Part shown: positions 55,263-64,000 of the stretch, in pieces | Numbering within the stretch: position 1 is the first letter of the stretch | Layout: the number at the start of each line of letters is the position of its first letter | DNA from: Actinomycetes bacterium | GTDB lineage: Bacteria; Actinomycetota; Acidimicrobiia; Acidimicrobiales; SZUA-35 | Direction of reading: 5' to 3' | NCBI GenBank assembly: GCA_024280015.1 | Contig: JAJRQY010000064.1 | Coordinates: 29,254-93,253, forward strand | Length of the DNA stretch: 64,000 bases | Notes under the pieces: generated by a model | The model's input: only the letters and a program-made list of their open reading frames with translations | The model's database searches: none | What the model was told of the DNA's origin: nothing | Translations under genes and position numbers: made by a program

Positions 55263-56545
55263 CAGTCTCGTGATTTCAGGCGTTCCCCGGTTCCCAAACG
55301 ATCATGTATTCGCAAAGCAAGCGACCGCTGCCTTGTTCCAGCGAGTCGTCGCCACCATCGATTGATTGGCTTGGAGTAGTCACGGTTGTAGGGACAGACC
55401 CGGACACAGATGGCACAGTCGCTATTGATCTTTGACCAATAGCCAAAGCAGGATTCGCCGTTGACCGACCACTTGTTGACGTCCAACAAGTTGGACTTGT
55501 TGTGCTGCTTCCTCGTCGGTGGACCGAGCGGAATGGCGTTGGATGGGCAGGCATCGGCACAGCGGGTACAGGTGTCACAAAAGGAGCGCACACCAAAGTC
55601 GATTGGTCCATCATGGGCCAGCGGAAGATCGGTGAATATCTTCCCTACTCGGATTCGGGGGCCGAACTCGGGGGTGATGACCAAGCCATTTCGTCCGTAC
55701 TCCCCCAGCCCAGCCTTGATGGCATAGGGAATGCCAAGCGTGGTGTCGTTCATGGAAGGCACAGCCTGGTAACCCAGGTTCTTCAAGTACTGCGAGACGC
55801 CGAGCAAGACCATGGCATCGTGGGAGTACCCCAAGCCCGTTGCTGTGCCAGCTAAGGCCGACGGTGCGGTCCGGATCAGATCATGGTCCATTGACTGTCC
55901 GATGACGATCACATGCTTCAATGATTCATCCAACGGATTGGGTTTGCCCTTACCGGTGGTGGCGGAGAACCGCTCGGTGTAGGTCCAGCGATCGTCCCGG
56001 GCAGTCATGCCAACCAGATCAGCCCCAAAGGTCATCGCCACCTTCTTTACCGTCTGCGACGCTTCGTCGGGCGAGCCACAATCGACCTGCTCATCCGGAC
56101 CGTCCCGCAGCATGGAAAGCGGATCGAGAAAGCCGTCCCGCAGGTCTTGGTCTTGGTGCATCTCGGCGAAGAGGTCGGTGATATGCCAGGAAGCGTTGCG
56201 AAGGGCATAGTCGCGCTGGCGGAAGCCACGCGCCTTTCGCCACTTGTCCAAGGGCCGTCGATAGGTGGCATAGAAACGGTCAGAGTGTTCGCTCCGTACC
56301 TCCTCATCCCAAAACGAGCGACTGAACACGTCATTAACCTGGTTGAACCGGCGGAAGCCAGGACCGACTTCGAAGCCACAGTCGGCATCGGAGTCTCCGG
56401 GCAACACCCGAATGCCCCTACCCCGCGACGTTGCCTCCTTAGCCAAGCCCGCGTCGATTCCGGCTGCAGCCCGAATCTTCCGATTCACCTGGTCCTGGAG
56501 CTTTTCCCAATTTTGGGTGCTCAAGCTGGTCTTCATTCCCTGCAT
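55250..56545 (-). CDS. Reductive dehalogenase (RdhA)-like corrinoid/Fe-S protein, no Tat signal
   Basis: Two Fe-S motifs are CDTCTRCADACPSNA and C-x11-CAICVRVCPYN. The N-terminal blocks FRRFNQVNDVFSR and VKKVAMTFGADLVGM are typical of RdhA. The start is ATG 56545 or 56536. Confidence 0.7.
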   Translation of the reverse strand: MQGMKTSLSTQNWEKLQDQVNRKIRAAAGIDAGLAKEATSRGRGIRVLPGDSDADCGFEVGPGFRRFNQVNDVFSRSFWDEEVRSEHSDRFYATYRRPLDKWRKARGFRQRDYALRNASWHITDLFAEMHQDQDLRDGFLDPLSMLRDGPDEQVDCGSPDEASQTVKKVAMTFGADLVGMTARDDRWTYTERFSATTGKGKPNPLDESLKHVIVIGQSMDHDLIRTAPSALAGTATGLGYSHDAMVLLGVSQYLKNLGYQAVPSMNDTTLGIPYAIKAGLGEYGRNGLVITPEFGPRIRVGKIFTDLPLAHDGPIDFGVRSFCDTCTRCADACPSNAIPLGPPTRKQHNKSNLLDVNKWSVNGESCFGYWSKINSDCAICVRVCPYNRDYSKPINRWWRRLAGTRQRSLALRIHDRLGTGERLKSRDWWPN

Positions 56546-56645
56546 CCTTGCATGAAACAGCGCCGAGCATCGAACCAGTCGCCTCATCCCGATCGTCGAC
56601 CACCGACCGACCATCGAGTCACCTCGACCGTCCTGCCGTCACTTC

Positions 56646-57842
56646 TTGGCAACCATGGGCCAAGACCTTCACCCTATGCTCGGCGCCATGGTTGAACCGT
56701 TCAAGAACTTCTTTGGTGTCGCTCCAATTCGTTCACTTGCTCGGCATCTTGCTCGGGTCTATCCAGATTTCTCCGAACAGGAGTTTGTTGCCTTCGCGAT
56801 TGCCGGGCTGGATCAGCTGGAGCTGAAGGAACGCTCAAGCCAGATCACTGACGGCCTGGTGAAGTTCTTGCCCACCGACTTCCGAGCGGCCACCCAGGTG
56901 CTGTTGAACAGTCTGCACCCCGAGACCAGGTTTGGGATTGCCGAGACTGCTGAGGCATCAGAGGGAGCAACGGACAGTCTCGGGATCGCTGGATGGCTGG
57001 TCATGCCAATGGCTGACTATGTCACCCGTGTTGGCCTGGGCGATGTCGAGTTCTCGCTTGAGGCCCTTCGGCAGATGACCATGCGCTCAAGCTCAGAGTT
57101 CGCCGTCCGGCAATTTCTGGTTGACCATCCCGAGGTAACCCTCCGAACCTTTCAGCAGTGGATCGACGACCCCAACGAGCATGTCCGTCGCCTGGTGAGT
57201 GAGGGCTGTCGTCCGAGACTTCCTTGGGGTATGCGACTACATCAATTTATCGAGGACCCGATGCCGGTGGTGCAGTTGTTGGAACAGTTGAAGGACGACC
57301 AATCGGAGTATGTCCGGCGCTCCGTGGCCAACAATCTGAACGACATCGCCAAGGACCATCCTGACCTGGTCACCACGACGGCCAAAAGCTGGATGCGTGG
57401 TGCTTCGGCTGACCGGGAACGTCTGGTCCGACATGCCCTTCGCAGCCTGGTCAAGGCCGGCAATAGCGACGCTCTGTCCGTCCTGGGTTACGGCCCACCC
57501 AAGATCGCAATCAATACATTCTCCGTCACGACTCCCGTGGTCGCATTCGGCCCTCCTCTGAAGTTCACTATCGAGTTGGAGTCACAATCGGCCTCGGACC
57601 ACCGGCTCTTGATTGACTACGTGATCCACCATGTGAAGGCCAATGGGCAGACCTCACCCAAGGTGTTCAAATGGAATAACATCACCCTGGCTGGCGATGA
57701 GAAGCTAACTGCATCGCGCAAACATCCCATCCGGGCCATCACGACGCGTCGCTACTACCCGGGAACTCACCGAGTCGAATTGCAGATCAATGGCGAACCC
57801 TTTGGCGGTTGCGACTTCGAATTGACCGGGGTACCTGGCTAG
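56646..57842 (+). CDS. DNA alkylation repair protein (AlkC-like HEAT-repeat glycosylase with extra C-terminal domain)
   Basis: The block EFAVRQFLVDHPE...NEHVRRLVSEGCRPRLPW...DQSEYVRRSVANNLNDIAKDHP matches the alkylation-repair HEAT-like repeat family. Confidence 0.7.
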   Translation: MATMGQDLHPMLGAMVEPFKNFFGVAPIRSLARHLARVYPDFSEQEFVAFAIAGLDQLELKERSSQITDGLVKFLPTDFRAATQVLLNSLHPETRFGIAETAEASEGATDSLGIAGWLVMPMADYVTRVGLGDVEFSLEALRQMTMRSSSEFAVRQFLVDHPEVTLRTFQQWIDDPNEHVRRLVSEGCRPRLPWGMRLHQFIEDPMPVVQLLEQLKDDQSEYVRRSVANNLNDIAKDHPDLVTTTAKSWMRGASADRERLVRHALRSLVKAGNSDALSVLGYGPPKIAINTFSVTTPVVAFGPPLKFTIELESQSASDHRLLIDYVIHHVKANGQTSPKVFKWNNITLAGDEKLTASRKHPIRAITTRRYYPGTHRVELQINGEPFGGCDFELTGVPG

Positions 57843-57955
57843 CTTCGCCAGGGACAGACCAGTCCACGGCTTCGGGCAGCCGTGCCAAGACACAGGACCC
57901 CGAGGGCTTTAACGCAGCGTGACGGGCCGACTCAGTCACTGCAATACTCATCGCC

Positions 57956-58276
57956 ATGACTGACCGTCCCATTACCGCCCACATCACCTATCAGATCGAT
58001 CCGACCAAGATCGACGAGTTTGAGCAGTACGGCAAAGCGTGGATTGCCTTGGTCAATGGTTTCGGTGGCAATCACCACGGATATTTCTTGCCATCGGAGG
58101 GCAGCAGCGACACCGCCTACGCCCTGTTCTCGTTTCCCTCAATGGCCGACTACGAGCGCTATCGCATCGAGGCCGAAACCGATCCGGAATGCGCCAAGGT
58201 CTACCAGAAAGCCAGGGAGAGCGGCTGCATTGTTCGCTTCACTCGAACATTCGTCCGGCCAGTGCTGACTCCATAG
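57956..58276 (+). CDS. NIPSNAP family protein
   Basis: 106-aa ORF. The block FGGNHHGYFLPSEGSSDTAYALFSFPSMADYERYR fits the family. Confidence 0.7.
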   Translation: MTDRPITAHITYQIDPTKIDEFEQYGKAWIALVNGFGGNHHGYFLPSEGSSDTAYALFSFPSMADYERYRIEAETDPECAKVYQKARESGCIVRFTRTFVRPVLTP

Positions 58277-58316
58277 CAAAATCCGATCGGTGTAGCCCTG
58301 CGGACCAGGGGTGACG

Positions 58317-59342
58317 TCACTGTCTTTCGGTCGTGGCAAACAGCTCGGGGAAAACCTTGGAAACCTTGGCAGTCAGATACTCGCCATAGGTTCCGTTCCA
58401 GGCCGACGGATCAGACTTGTCCCAGCGGTTTCGGCCGTCACCAATTGGTGAGCCAGTAAGAGGCAGGGGCTCGACAATGGCGTCCCATGATGGGTCAAAG
58501 AAGAAGGGGAAGGACAAACGATCTTGTCCTGAGGTGTTGCGAACACGGTGCGGTGTTGAGCGGTAGCGCCCCTCGGTTAGTCGGTCCAGCATGTCCCCGA
58601 TATTGCAGACAATGATGTCCGGATCAGCTGGAACCTCAAGCCACTCACCTCGGCTGTGAACTTGCAGACCACCACACCGGTCCTGTCCAAGCAGGGTCAG
58701 CAAACCATAGTCAGTGTGTTCGCCGACCCCCCACAAATCCTGCCCATCACCCGTCGACGCGCCAGACCCACCAGCCTGCTGAGGCGGATAGTGAAAGATG
58801 CGAAACAAGGCTGTCGGATCAGTGGTTAGATGTTGCTCGAACCAGTCAGCATCAAGGCCGAGTCCCAACGCGATTCCCCGCATGACCGCATGACCCAGAT
58901 CCATCATCGAGTCCAGCCACCCCAATACCGCAGGGCGAAGCTGAGGTGGCGAGTCAGGGAAAAGGTTCTCGCCATGGAGTGGAAGACCGGCAACAACTCG
59001 TGGGGCGTCCATGGGGTGTTCGATACCGAAATAGATGCCTTCCTTCTGGTCAGGTCGACCAGAAGTCAGCTCACCACCGACCGGGAACCAGCCCCGCCAG
59101 GCTGAGCCACCGTGACTCATCGCGATCCTGGCCTTCTCCGCTTCTGGCTGGGCAAAAAAGGTCCGGGCCGCAGCGTCCAGAGTGGAGAGAACTCCCGGTT
59201 CCAACCCATGCCCAGTAATGCGAAAGAAACCGATATCGCGGCAAGCTCGATCTATGTCAACAGCGGCAGCAAGATCGTCCTGACCAGCAAGCAATCCAGA
59301 AACATCTACGAGCGGTAGGGGCTGGTCGACCATTCTCAGCAC
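58317..59342 (-). CDS. 2OG-Fe(II) oxygenase (isopenicillin-N-synthase family)
   Basis: The N-terminal non-haem dioxygenase region is IGFFRITGHG. The HxD...H facial triad region is GEHTDYGLLTLL...STPHRV. Confidence 0.85.
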   Translation of the reverse strand: MLRMVDQPLPLVDVSGLLAGQDDLAAAVDIDRACRDIGFFRITGHGLEPGVLSTLDAAARTFFAQPEAEKARIAMSHGGSAWRGWFPVGGELTSGRPDQKEGIYFGIEHPMDAPRVVAGLPLHGENLFPDSPPQLRPAVLGWLDSMMDLGHAVMRGIALGLGLDADWFEQHLTTDPTALFRIFHYPPQQAGGSGASTGDGQDLWGVGEHTDYGLLTLLGQDRCGGLQVHSRGEWLEVPADPDIIVCNIGDMLDRLTEGRYRSTPHRVRNTSGQDRLSFPFFFDPSWDAIVEPLPLTGSPIGDGRNRWDKSDPSAWNGTYGEYLTAKVSKVFPELFATTERQ

Positions 59343-59484
59343 CCTATTGCCTTACGCACTCAAGCTGTCAACCCAAGTCCAGCTAGCGCTGACGAAACCA
59401 CTTAGCTGAGGCGTTTCGCTAATCCGTCCTGCCAGCAACCCGAGGCTGATCACTGACGATTAACCAACAACCTGGAGACCTCGC

Positions 59485-61287
59485 ATGGCGGTATCTGAAA
59501 GCAAGCGGCCACATCTGAAGAAGCAACTAGTGCTCCTGCTGCTACTTCCCATGCTTGGGTTGGCTTGGGCCAATGGGTCAACGGCCTTCCGTCGAAGCGG
59601 CGACATCGGCGAGTCACGCACCGTCAATCGATTGGTCATCCTCGCCATCGACTCTGGCCAACTGCTCCACGAGAATCAGAAAGAGCGAGGCCTCACTGCT
59701 CTCTTCCTCAGCGCTGGACCAGGCGCCGACCCAAGCGCATTGAATACCCAACGACTGGCAACAGACCAGGCGTGGGAGGAAATCGAGGGCTTCTTACACG
59801 ATGAGCAAGACTCACTTCCAGCTGATGCCAGAGCCACAACCTTGGAAATGGAATCAGGCGTGGGCGGCCTCGCAAGCCTGCGAGCCGAGGTTGACTCACA
59901 TTCAGTCGATCTATCAACGGCGATCGCCCACTACACCGAAACGAACCGGCTGTTGCTTGACCTGATCGCCAACAGTTCAGCCCACAGTACCGACGCCAGC
60001 ATTACACGATCAACCACTTCATTCTTCGCCCTTCTGGATGGCAAGGAACGCGCCGGACTGATACGGGCTCAGCTGGCCAACGTCTTCACCACCGACACCT
60101 TTTCCCCCGGCCAGCGAAGGGTCGTCTCAGACCTGATCACCGAGCAAGAGACCTACTTTGATGTATTCCAACATATGACTTCTCAAGCCCTCCTGACCGA
60201 GTTCGACGCCTTCACCGAGGCACCGGCGACCCAGGCCGTTGACGCCTTCCAGGAGCGAGCCCTGTCCGAAGAAGGTGCTCCGTTTGGCATTGTTCCAAAC
60301 GAATGGTTCTCCACCATGACTGAGCGAATCGACATCCTCAAGGAGCTGGAAGACTCACAAGCAAACGAGATCGAGCTGATCGCAAAAGAGATTTCCTCCG
60401 ATGCCTCGGCTGGCTTTCGCAATTCCCTCATCTTCTTCTTTGGTTTCAGCCTGGCGACGACACTGCTGGCGTACTTCAATATTCGCTCCATCACCGGAAC
60501 TCTGAGCGACCACGCCCATAATCTCACCACGACCTCCGTCGAACTTGGCGGAAGTGCCGACAAAATCTCTGATGTTGTAAGTGCCGCGGCCGAAACTGCT
60601 GGCTTCGCCTCAGGCGCTGCTGATGAGGTGTCAGACAGTGTCGGACGAGTAGCCGCTGCCGTTGACGAGCTAGCTCAGGCAGTTACGGAGATCTCGGTCA
60701 ATACCAGCCGAGCCAGCCAGGTCGCAGGACAGGCCGTCCAGCAGGCAGCAGCAACCAATGAGGCAGTCAGCCAGCTTGGTAACTCCTCCGAGCAAATTGG
60801 TGCGGTGGTGGAAGTCATTTCTGGTATTGCCGAGCAGACCAACCTTCTGGCCCTCAATGCCACCATCGAAGCAGCTCGGGCCGGTGAGTCAGGCAAGGGC
60901 TTCGCTGTTGTGGCCAATGAGGTGAAGGAACTGGCTCAGCAAACCAATGCATCAACCGAGCAGATCGCCATCCTGGTGTCAGCCATTCAGGCTGACTCGG
61001 ACAAGTCCGCCCACGCAATCCAAGAGATTGGCGACATCATCCAGGAAATAGCGGAGATCCAGACCAGCATCGCGGCTGCAGTCGAAGAGCAGTCAGCAAC
61101 GACCGGTGAGATCTCTCGCAACATCGCCCAAGCGGCCGACGGTTCAAACGAGATCGCCTTGTCCATTCGGGCAGTTGCCGAACAGACGACCGACGCTCAA
61201 AGTGATATCGCGGTGACCGTTCAATCGGCCAGAACCCTGGACGCGGTTGCCGAGTCCATCCAGGAGATGGTTGGTGCCCACTCCTAG
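59485..61287 (+). CDS. Methyl-accepting chemotaxis protein with periplasmic NIT (nitrate/nitrite-sensing) domain
   Basis: It has an N-terminal TM helix, a NIT-like block ([17 protein letters not shown]), a second TM helix and a conserved MCP hairpin tip ([35 protein letters not shown]). Confidence 0.85.
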   Translation: MAVSESKRPHLKKQLVLLLLLPMLGLAWANGSTAFRRSGDIGESRTVNRLVILAIDSGQLLHENQKERGLTALFLSAGPGADPSALNTQRLATDQAWEEIEGFLHDEQDSLPADARATTLEMESGVGGLASLRAEVDSHSVDLSTAIAHYTETNRLLLDLIANSSAHSTDASITRSTTSFFALLDGKERAGLIRAQLANVFTTDTFSPGQRRVVSDLITEQETYFDVFQHMTSQALLTEFDAFTEAPATQAVDAFQERALSEEGAPFGIVPNEWFSTMTERIDILKELEDSQANEIELIAKEISSDASAGFRNSLIFFFGFSLATTLLAYFNIRSITGTLSDHAHNLTTTSVELGGSADKISDVVSAAAETAGFASGAADEVSDSVGRVAAAVDELAQAVTEISVNTSRASQVAGQAVQQAAATNEAVSQLGNSSEQIGAVVEVISGIAEQTNLLALNATIEAARAGESGKGFAVVANEVKELAQQTNASTEQIAILVSAIQADSDKSAHAIQEIGDIIQEIAEIQTSIAAAVEEQSATTGEISRNIAQAADGSNEIALSIRAVAEQTTDAQSDIAVTVQSARTLDAVAESIQEMVGAHS

Positions 61288-61327
61288 CCCCCGGGCAAGT
61301 TGGCCACGAGTCTCACGCTGCAACCCA

Positions 61328-61365
61328 GACGAACCGGACGAACCCGACGAACCGGACGAACCGGA
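61328..61365. repeat. 9-bp tandem repeat x4.2 downstream of the MCP gene
   Basis: GACGAACCS units. Confidence 0.9.
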
Positions 61366-61484
61366 AAGGGCCCCCTCACCTCCCGCACGCGAGCTGTCAG
61401 CTCACGGAGGGATAGCGTGAAACGCGAAGCACGACCCGAGCTGATTGTTCCCTCGCTGGAACCAGTGACCAGGAGAGACCGACC

Positions 61485-62135
61485 GTGGCATTTGATGGCA
61501 TTAGTGATCGCTGGAAAGTCTGGCGCGATCGGCTTCCCCTGGACCAGTACGAAGCCCGATTTGCCAAGTTGGCGGCCGAGGGTCAAAACATCCATGGCGA
61601 AGTCGACGCCCTTGACCGCCTCCGCAACGAGAACAGCTGGGCGACTCCGACCGTCTTCGATGCCGGCTGTGGTACCGGGCGGACCGCATTGGAACTCGCC
61701 AGTCGTGGCTGGTCCGTAAGCGCTGCAGACTCCGATCCAGACATGATCGCCCTGGCGACCTCCAAATCAGTCGACATCCACTGGGAACATGGCGACCTCA
61801 CCACCATCGACCTAGGCCAGAAGTTCGATGTCGTGCTGATGGCAGGCAACATCTTGCTCTTCGTTCACGAACAAACCGAAGCACAGATTCTGTCCAACAT
61901 GGCCAAGCATCTGGAGGCCGGTGGCTTGCTAATCGCGGGCTTTGCCCTGACCGAGTTCACCTTGGCTCAGTACGAGCAATGGTGTCGTGAAGCCGAACTG
62001 GCGCTAGTCCAGCAATGGGCGACCTGGGACGGGGACCCCTATGAAGGTGGCGACTATATTGTCTCAATCCACCGGCTTGCCACTGTGCAAGCAAACGAAA
62101 CCGAAGACACTAAGACGACGCAGGTGAATGCATGA
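61485..62135 (+). CDS. Class I SAM-dependent methyltransferase
   Basis: Motif I is VFDAGCGTGRTALELA. The GTG start is preceded by an AGGAGAG RBS. Confidence 0.85.
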   Translation: MAFDGISDRWKVWRDRLPLDQYEARFAKLAAEGQNIHGEVDALDRLRNENSWATPTVFDAGCGTGRTALELASRGWSVSAADSDPDMIALATSKSVDIHWEHGDLTTIDLGQKFDVVLMAGNILLFVHEQTEAQILSNMAKHLEAGGLLIAGFALTEFTLAQYEQWCREAELALVQQWATWDGDPYEGGDYIVSIHRLATVQANETEDTKTTQVNA

Positions 62136-62566
62136 CCGAATCACGCGGACCTTCACCCAAGCCACTTGACCCCCACGAGATCACCGCCACGGTTCAAGCA
62201 GCATTCCCAGGTGCTGCAGTAGCTTGCCACCAGATCGGTCCCGATTGGGTCATCGCCCGAACTGTTCCGGATTCCGGTTCAGTTCGGCCAGGAGGCTTCA
62301 TTTCTGGCCCAACCCAATTCGCCTTGGCCGACTCGGCCCTGTGGTACCTGACATTCGTTGCCATTGGCAAGATCGAATTGATGGCGCTGACATCAGAGCT
62401 GTCCATCCGCTTTCTACGTCCGGCCATCGGGGAAACTCTGTGGGCGAGAGCAACCCTGGACAAGGCCGGGCGACGAAGTGTCGTTGGCACCGTTCGACTT
62501 TGGACCGACGACAACGAAAGCAAGCCAACGGCCACCGCCCAGGGAACCTACATGCTGCCGGCCTAG
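62132..62566 (+). CDS. PaaI-family hotdog-fold thioesterase
   Basis: The profile GGFISGPTQFALADSALWY...GRRSVVGTVRLW fits the family. There is an ATGA overlap with the methyltransferase gene. Confidence 0.8.
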   Translation: MTESRGPSPKPLDPHEITATVQAAFPGAAVACHQIGPDWVIARTVPDSGSVRPGGFISGPTQFALADSALWYLTFVAIGKIELMALTSELSIRFLRPAIGETLWARATLDKAGRRSVVGTVRLWTDDNESKPTATAQGTYMLPA

Positions 62567-62963
62567 CCGTTACCCCTAGCAACATCGGATGAGTTCGTCA
62601 TCGTGATCTTGTTGAGGCCGCGAGGATGCTCGGGATCCAACGATCGAAGCTCGGTCTCTCGGTGGCAGAACAGCTGTCCCATAACAATGGCCGGAACTGG
62701 GGTGAGCCACTCGGGCAGGTCCCCAGGCAGAGGCAAGATGTGCCCAGGGAGATCGGTCTGATTGGCGCTCAGCACTCACCAGGGCACGAGCAGCTCCCTC
62801 GACCTAGTCGGCTTGGGCCAACGTTGATCTGCCTTTGTCGCTTCGCCTCCCTCAATACTTCAACCAGATCGGGAGATTGACCCCACTGCGAGATCCCGTC
62901 CACCAGGGCACCATCAAGAGCTGCCTTCTTCCGGCCAACCGAGACGACGTGGCCAAGAAACAT
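62563..62963 (-). pseudogene. Possible remnant of a SIS-domain sugar-phosphate isomerase/deaminase (frameshifted, N-terminally truncated)
   Basis: Two short minus-strand ORFs lie in different frames. ORF 62769..62963 starts FLGHVV...AALDGALV (compare the FLGRG...ALEGALKLKE block of SIS proteins). ORF 62563..62775 ends LTPVPAIVMGQLFCHRETELRSLDPEHPRGLNKITMT, like the C-terminus of GlmS/AgaS-type proteins. Confidence 0.35.
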
Positions 62964-62993
62964 CAGGTTGTTCGTGGATCTCTGACCAAAGGC

Positions 62994-64000
62994 TCATTGC
63001 AGCTTTTTTCTGTCTTGATGTACCAACAGTCCATCAATCACTGTTGCCACCACGTTCACGTCATCATCGATGACAACCAGATCGGCCCGCGCCCCAGGCA
63101 CAAGCAGGCCACGCGCGCCGCCCCGCATGACCGGCGAATCGGCCAGAACCCGAGCGGGCACTGTCGAAGCTGCGTGGAGTGCGTCGGCCAGGCAGCACCC
63201 GGTGAAGGCTTGAAACCTTCGTATTGCCGTTGGCATGTCCAACACACTTCCGGCCAGGGTTCCATCGGACAACCGGGCAGAGAGTCCATCCAGATGTACC
63301 TCGTAGGCACCAAGCTTGACTACACCTGGTGGCAGGCCCAAACCAGCCATGGTGTCAGTAACCAGAACAAGGCGGTCAGCACCGATTTGCCAAGCAAGAT
63401 TCACCATCTCTGGAGCCGAATGAATGCCGTCGGCGATGAGGCCGAAGAAGGCATCACTGGTCAGCAGAGCAGCGGCTAGGCCTGGATCCCGGTGGTCGAG
63501 TCCACTCATTGCGTTGAAGAGATGCGTGCCCATCGTTGCGCCAGCAACTAGGCCCTCCGTGGCCACCGTCGAAGCTGCATCACTGTGTCCAAGCGAAACA
63601 ATAATGCCGCGTTCGCGAAGCGTTTTGATGGCAGCCAAACAGCCATCCATTTCGGGAGCGAGGGTCAGAAGCGCCACACCGCGGGACGAATCGAACAGTG
63701 GATCCAGAGGTAGCTGAGGCGTTCGCAGCAACTCTTGGCCATGAGCACCCTTGCGTTTCGGGTTGAGCCACGGTCCTTCAAAGTGCCAGCCCAATGGCTC
63801 TGCCCCCACCCAATCAGAAGGTCGATCAGCCAAGGCGTCCAGCGCCGGTTGCCAGCGATCTTCGGGAGAAGTAATCAGGGTTGGCAGCCAAGCGGTTACC
63901 CCGGTCGAGGCCAGGCGTTGGCCAACCTCCCAGATGCCCTCGGGATTACTGGCAAAGTCGATTCCCCAGCCACCATTAACCTGCAGGTCGATGAACCCTG
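62994..64000 (-). CDS. nagA: N-acetylglucosamine-6-phosphate deacetylase, 5'-partial (runs off the right edge)
   Basis: My in-frame translation upstream of the tracked TTG continues open to the window edge: GFIDLQVNGGWGIDF...WHFEGPWLNPKRKGAH...THLFNAMSG. These are NagA blocks. Confidence 0.85.
   Translation of the reverse strand, partial: GFIDLQVNGGWGIDFASNPEGIWEVGQRLASTGVTAWLPTLITSPEDRWQPALDALADRPSDWVGAEPLGWHFEGPWLNPKRKGAHGQELLRTPQLPLDPLFDSSRGVALLTLAPEMDGCLAAIKTLRERGIIVSLGHSDAASTVATEGLVAGATMGTHLFNAMSGLDHRDPGLAAALLTSDAFFGLIADGIHSAPEMVNLAWQIGADRLVLVTDTMAGLGLPPGVVKLGAYEVHLDGLSARLSDGTLAGSVLDMPTAIRRFQAFTGCCLADALHAASTVPARVLADSPVMRGGARGLLVPGARADLVVIDDDVNVVATVIDGLLVHQDRKKLQ

Noticed and set aside
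61366-61440. Nested hairpin (CCTCCC...GAGCT-GTC-AGCTC...GGAGGG) downstream of the MCP gene, as a terminator or riboswitch for the methyltransferase
   Set aside because: The stem is interrupted and there is no U-tract or recognisable riboswitch core. The evidence is insufficient.

Overview
GC-rich chromosomal segment with Actinomycetota hallmarks: F420-type LLM and PPOX enzymes, a DinB/DUF664 protein, a DUF222-HNH protein, a SARP/BTAD regulator and a MoxR-DUF58 operon. I support about 57 protein-coding genes. I saw no rRNA, tRNA, CRISPR array, transposase or integrase by eye. Left to right the window holds: (1) housekeeping and accessory genes (FMO, HAD, GNAT, a PadR-ABC-FtsX efflux module, thiolase, TetR, a Tat-exported peptidoglycan amidase, NMO plus cupin); (2) a 1014-aa STAND ATPase with a C-terminal SARP module; (3) a translationally coupled DUF4129/MoxR/DUF58/membrane operon; (4) an aryl-CoA-type catabolic cluster (fused FAD-monooxygenase/OYE, acyl-CoA dehydrogenase, NicX-like dioxygenase, PaaX, HpaB-like, PhzF, AKR, PhyH); (5) a nicotinate-type N-heterocycle island (Mo-hydroxylase, 6-hydroxynicotinate-reductase-like protein, UPF0280, MarR, enamidase-like protein, MmsA-type ALDH, SRPBCC, LLM, pncA); (6) a reductive-dehalogenase-like gene coupled to a cytoplasmic sulfatase; (7) a NIT-domain chemoreceptor and a partial nagA. 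Most interesting observations: (a) a ResA/TlpA-like thioredoxin-fold gene has an in-frame TGA exactly at the catalytic Cys position, followed by a bSECIS-like hairpin, so it is a candidate selenoprotein with a W-A-S-W-U-G-C centre; (b) the hybrid nicotinate island suggests a predicted MmsA-type shortcut to glutaryl-CoA; (c) seven exact TTGACT boxes sit at strict 11-bp phasing in that island's divergent promoter; (d) at least 20 short tandem-repeat arrays (mostly 15 bp or other multiples of 3) concentrate at gene ends and intergenic spacers, and some supply stop codons or are read in two frames; (e) the RdhA-like/sulfatase pair. All functional calls come from reading the translated ORFs and recalling family motifs. 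No database search was run.
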